A stretch of DNA of 20,000 nt from an uncultured virus (IMG/VR IMGVR_UViG_3300010356_002077) (taxonomy: Duplodnaviria > Heunggongvirae > Uroviricota > Caudoviricetes): IMG/VR virus record IMGVR_UViG_3300010356_002077; one strand, given 5' to 3'. A model generated the notes under the pieces. That model saw nothing but the letters and a program-made list of their open reading frames with translations, was not told the DNA's origin and ran no database searches. This document shows, in pieces, positions 16,340 through 20,000 of this stretch; position 1 is the stretch's first letter, and every line of letters starts with the position of its first letter. The position numbers and the translations under genes are program-made.

Positions 16340-18873
16340 TGGATCCCGGGACCTGGTATTTGATCGCGATGGCCGTTACCCTTGTCGCCGGGTATTTTCT
16401 CTCGGCGGCGCTGAGGCCGAAGGCGCAGAACACCGCGCCGAATCCCTATGGCCTGAAATCCTTCAGCTTCCCCACCACCAGCGAGACCCGTCCGGTCCCT
16501 GTCGTCTGGGGAACCCAGGAGATCGAGGGCGCCAACCTGGCGTGGTATGGGGACTTCGGAACGATCCCTTTGACAAAATCGGTTGACGCCGGGAAAAACA
16601 GTGAGGACGTGATCTACGGATATAAATACAAGCTCGGGATGCATTTTGTCTTATGCCACGGCGAGCTGGACGCCCTGCTTCAGATCCGCGCCAACGACAA
16701 GGTGGCGTGGAAGGGAAGCTCCGGAGCGGGAACTATCTTTATAGACAAGGACGACCCGAACTGCCCCTCCAACCCCGAGAACCTCTTCGGCGGCGATGAG
16801 AAGGAAGGCGGGCTTCGCGGGCAGGTGGATATTTTGAGCGGCACCTGGACACAGGCGAGAAACACCTACCTCAAAAACCATATCAAATCAGGCGGCACGG
16901 CCGTCGGCGACGACATGCCGGCTTTCCGGGGAGTGGTATCCCTGGTCTTTCATTCCTACTCGAACTCGGCCGACAACACCGGGTTCTATGTCGGCACATC
17001 CAATTACCTCAAGCCCTTCAAGTTCCTTATCAAAAGGATTCCGAAGGGGCTCGGCTCGGATCATCCGGAAATAGACGGAGACGCCAACCCCGCGGAGATG
17101 CTGTACGAGGCAATGACCAACGCAGTGTGGGGCGCGGGCATGGACGCCGACGACATCGATACAGAGTCGTTCCTTGACGCGGCCGACCAGCTCTATACGG
17201 AGGGATTCGGGCTCTCCCTGACCTGGGACAACAGCAGGACCGTAGAGGATATCTGCAACGAGATCCTGAAGCATATCTGCGCCACCTGGTACACCGACCC
17301 GGCTACCGGAAAGCGCAAGATCAAACTGTGGCGTGACGACTACGAGATCGGGACCCTGCCGGTCATTAACGAGGATGTCATCTGCAAGGACGGGCTTGAG
17401 AGTTTTGCCCGGACGGCAATAAACGAGACCGCGAACGAGGTCCGCGCAACATATACCGAGATCACCACCAAGCTGAACAACCAGGGCGACGAGGTGTATG
17501 TGAGCTATGACAGGACGGCCATCGCACAGGACCTGGCCAACGTGAAACAGCAGGGGGCGATCGTCTCGACGCAGGTCAATTACTGCGGGATAACGAAGGC
17601 CGCGCTGGCCCAGCAGTGCGTGGAGCGGGACTTGCGGAGCATGAGCTATCCGCTTGCAAAGGCGTCGTTCAAGGCTAACCGGATTCCCTACGCCCTTTAT
17701 CCGGGGGCGCCTTTCGTCTTCTCCTGGGAGCCAATCGGGATCGAACAGATGGCCATGCGGGTGATGTCGATCGACCCGGGCACCCTGACCGACAACCGGG
17801 TGACGATCAACGCGATAGAGGATGTGTTCAAAATCTCCGAGGCGCGGTATTCGGATCCCGGCGATCCCAACTGGGAGGAGCCGGGCGGCCCTCCGGAGGA
17901 CCTGGATTATGTCCGGATCGAGGAGATGCCTTACCTGGTGAGGCTGAAACTGCTGACCGGCTTTGCCGACGCGGACTGCTTCCTGTGGATCGCGGCCGCC
18001 CGTAACACCTCGGACATGCAGGAATGCGACATCATGTCCAAGCTCTCCGGCGGGAGCGTTTACTCGTTGCAGGGAAACCTTGTCGGATGGACGCCGCAGG
18101 GAACCCTCGACGAGGCAATCGGCCAGGAGGACACCAGCATCATTGTCGCCGTCAGCGGAATGGATCTGAGTACCCTTGAGAACCCTGCCAGCCAGGCGTC
18201 CGGGGACAGCCTGTTCCTCCTCGACAACGAGCTGATTTCCTACGGTTCCGTTGTCGACAACGGGGACGGGACGGTCACGATGTCCAACTGCTGGCGCGGA
18301 ATGCTTGACACGACGCCGGTTGCCCATTCGGCCGGCGCGAGGATGTATTTCGTGGCGGCCGGCTACGGGATAACCGGTACGGCCTATGACGACGGGGACA
18401 CCGTCAACGTCAAGCTTCTGCCGACCACGGGCGACGGCCAGCTTCCCGAGGACTCGGCGACAGCCCACAACATAACTATGGACGGCCGGGCGCTGAAGCC
18501 TTATCCGCCGGGGGCGATCCTGGTCAACGGGGAAAGCTATCCCGAAGTGATCGAGGGAGAGATGGTTCTGGGCTGGGCGCACAGGGACCGCACCCAGCAG
18601 ACGGCCGGGCTTGTCCAGCAGGGCGCGACGAGCATCGGCCCGGAGAGCGGGGTCACTTACACACTGAGGATCTACGGCGAGGACGACAGCCTTCTCCGGA
18701 CGGAGACCGGCCTGACCGGGACCAGTTATACCTATACCGAGGCGAACGAGCTGTCGGACAACGGCCTCGGCCGGCTGAGCTACCACTTGAGAATTCAGCT
18801 TGAGGCGGTCCGATCCGGGATAACCTCCCACCAGTACCAGGAGCGCGAGTTCGATCGCCCGGAGCCGATCTAA
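16339..18873 (+). CDS. Tail tip / host-specificity protein (gpJ-like) with fused N-terminal hydrophobic module
   Basis: 844 aa; RPVPVVWGT..I...N..WYGD, GY.Y.LGMHFVLCHG, NLFGG.EKEGG, PAFRG, DANPA, LY.EGFGLS, RGMLDT.P..H and W.HRDR..Q patterns. Confidence 0.88.
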   Translation: MDPGTWYLIAMAVTLVAGYFLSAALRPKAQNTAPNPYGLKSFSFPTTSETRPVPVVWGTQEIEGANLAWYGDFGTIPLTKSVDAGKNSEDVIYGYKYKLGMHFVLCHGELDALLQIRANDKVAWKGSSGAGTIFIDKDDPNCPSNPENLFGGDEKEGGLRGQVDILSGTWTQARNTYLKNHIKSGGTAVGDDMPAFRGVVSLVFHSYSNSADNTGFYVGTSNYLKPFKFLIKRIPKGLGSDHPEIDGDANPAEMLYEAMTNAVWGAGMDADDIDTESFLDAADQLYTEGFGLSLTWDNSRTVEDICNEILKHICATWYTDPATGKRKIKLWRDDYEIGTLPVINEDVICKDGLESFARTAINETANEVRATYTEITTKLNNQGDEVYVSYDRTAIAQDLANVKQQGAIVSTQVNYCGITKAALAQQCVERDLRSMSYPLAKASFKANRIPYALYPGAPFVFSWEPIGIEQMAMRVMSIDPGTLTDNRVTINAIEDVFKISEARYSDPGDPNWEEPGGPPEDLDYVRIEEMPYLVRLKLLTGFADADCFLWIAAARNTSDMQECDIMSKLSGGSVYSLQGNLVGWTPQGTLDEAIGQEDTSIIVAVSGMDLSTLENPASQASGDSLFLLDNELISYGSVVDNGDGTVTMSNCWRGMLDTTPVAHSAGARMYFVAAGYGITGTAYDDGDTVNVKLLPTTGDGQLPEDSATAHNITMDGRALKPYPPGAILVNGESYPEVIEGEMVLGWAHRDRTQQTAGLVQQGATSIGPESGVTYTLRIYGEDDSLLRTETGLTGTSYTYTEANELSDNGLGRLSYHLRIQLEAVRSGITSHQYQEREFDRPEPI

Positions 18874-19910
18874 TGGCGCATGATACGGCGGTTGAACGGG
18901 TGATGAACGGGTGTAATATCGTTCCTTTCAAGGTCAACGAGGTCTATCACGGAGACTGCCTCAAGCTCATGAAACACATCCCCGACGGGATGGTGGACTT
19001 CATCCTCACGGACCCTCCCTACGGGATCGATTTCAGAAGCACAAGACCGAAAAAAAGAGCGGATGACGGTAAGATCGCCAACGACAGCTTTGATGAGTGG
19101 CGCGGTCTCCTCACCCCGATGTTTCTTGAGTTCAAACGGGTCCTGACCAAGGAGGGCTGCTGCGCCTGTTTCAACGGCGGGGGCAACAAGTCCTTGAACA
19201 CGTCGATCTTCATCCTTGAGGCGACCAAGCATTTCAACCTGGTCCAGGTGCTGGTCTGGAAAAAGAACATGGGGCTTGGCTGGCGTTACCGGCCGGCATA
19301 TGAGACGATCGTCCTTTTGAGCAACGGCGGGACCCGCTACAACTTCTATGATACCAGCCATCGATGCACGAATGTTATTGACTGCAACCAGGTCATTCCA
19401 AAGGCATCGGACCATCCGACGCCTAAGCCGGTCAAGCTTCTCAGGAAACTTATCAAAATACATAGCCGCCCCGGGGATCTCATTCTTGATCCGTTCGCCG
19501 GTGGCGGATCCACGGGTGTGGCCTGCAAAGAGCTTGGGCGGCGGTACATCCTCATCGAGCTGGAGCAACGGTGGTGTGAGATGGCCCGCGGCCGTATTGA
19601 GGCGGCGACGGTCCTCCCGATCGAGGAGGTCGATCAGTGTCCAGGGATCAAGGATCTTGGAGAGTACCCGGATTCCGAACTGGCGATGATTAAACAGGTG
19701 GACTGGGACAGCCTGAGGATTACCCGGGAGGACTGGCAGGCCGCCGGATACTGCAACAAGGGTGTCCGGGCGTTCTGCGAGCGGCACCACATTATATATA
19801 AGGAAGTGCTGGAGTCTGGTATGCCCGCCCTGGAGCTCCAAAAAATCGACGACTATATGGCTAGGGTCACTTTAGATTTTGCTCTTAGAAGGGTCCTTCT
19901 CGGCCGGTGA
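18873..19910 (+). CDS. DNA methyltransferase (N6-A/N4-C, beta class) with extra C-terminal domain
   Basis: GDCL, ILTDPPY (motif IV), HPTPKP and LILDPFAGGGST (motif I) in beta order; TAATG coupling with the J stop; about 90 extra C-terminal residues. Confidence 0.92.
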   Translation: MAHDTAVERVMNGCNIVPFKVNEVYHGDCLKLMKHIPDGMVDFILTDPPYGIDFRSTRPKKRADDGKIANDSFDEWRGLLTPMFLEFKRVLTKEGCCACFNGGGNKSLNTSIFILEATKHFNLVQVLVWKKNMGLGWRYRPAYETIVLLSNGGTRYNFYDTSHRCTNVIDCNQVIPKASDHPTPKPVKLLRKLIKIHSRPGDLILDPFAGGGSTGVACKELGRRYILIELEQRWCEMARGRIEAATVLPIEEVDQCPGIKDLGEYPDSELAMIKQVDWDSLRITREDWQAAGYCNKGVRAFCERHHIIYKEVLESGMPALELQKIDDYMARVTLDFALRRVLLGR

Positions 19911-19983
19911 CACATTATTGTCACCATCCCCCGGCGATGACATTAATTATGTCCCCAACTGACAATAATTCTGTCCCCTTACA
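19906..19983 (-). repeat. Transposon-type right end: three TGACA-N6/7-TGTC sites and terminal ACA
   Basis: Sites at 19906-19925 (GGTGACA CATTAT TGTCACC), 19938-19956 and 19960-19978 (TGACA N7 TGTCCCC, 22-bp period). The minus strand from 19983 reads TGTAAGGGGACAGAATTATTGTCA. Confidence 0.8.
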
Positions 19984-20000
19984 TTGACGGCGGCGACATA

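Larger units (their letters stand above)
1..19983 (+). mobile_element. Transposable (Mu-like) prophage with siphovirus-type tail, right arm; left part lies outside the window
   Basis: Gene order terminase-portal-F-G-I(protease)-decoration-capsid-gp36-gp37 follows Mu-like phages; tail tube without sheath; terminal MTase; repeated sites ending in ACA at 19981-19983. Confidence 0.9.

Noticed and set aside
16888..19841. Long antisense ORFs (647 aa and 323 aa)
   Set aside because: Shadows of J and the MTase expected from GC-rich codon bias; the sense-strand genes carry clear motifs.
19906..19978. End repeats as CRISPR array or terminator
   Set aside because: Spacers are only 3-12 bp, there is no cas context and no U-tract; the arrangement fits transposase-binding sites.

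Overview
The window is the right-hand (late, virion-morphogenesis) part of a transposable Mu-like prophage, with all genes on the + strand and tightly coupled. It has a Mu-type head module: terminase (5'-truncated), DUF935-type portal, gpF, gpG, protease/scaffold, decoration protein, capsid, gp36 and gp37. A non-contractile siphovirus tail module of the D3112/B3/YuA type follows: tail tube, frameshifted chaperone, tape measure and tail-tip genes. A beta-class DNA methyltransferase sits in the position of Mu mom. Main observations: (1) the element appears to end at 19983 in a terminus built like a Tn7/Tn5053/type V-K CAST TnsB end rather than a Mu end; (2) the methyltransferase carries a C-terminal domain resembling the small tail-assembly protein missing from its usual place in the tail-tip cluster; (3) there is a -1 frameshift signal (T TTT TTC plus hairpin) with an unlisted ORF, a nested scaffold start, and helically phased repeats at the position of the Mu strong gyrase site. 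Family assignments come from motif recognition and synteny; no database search was run.
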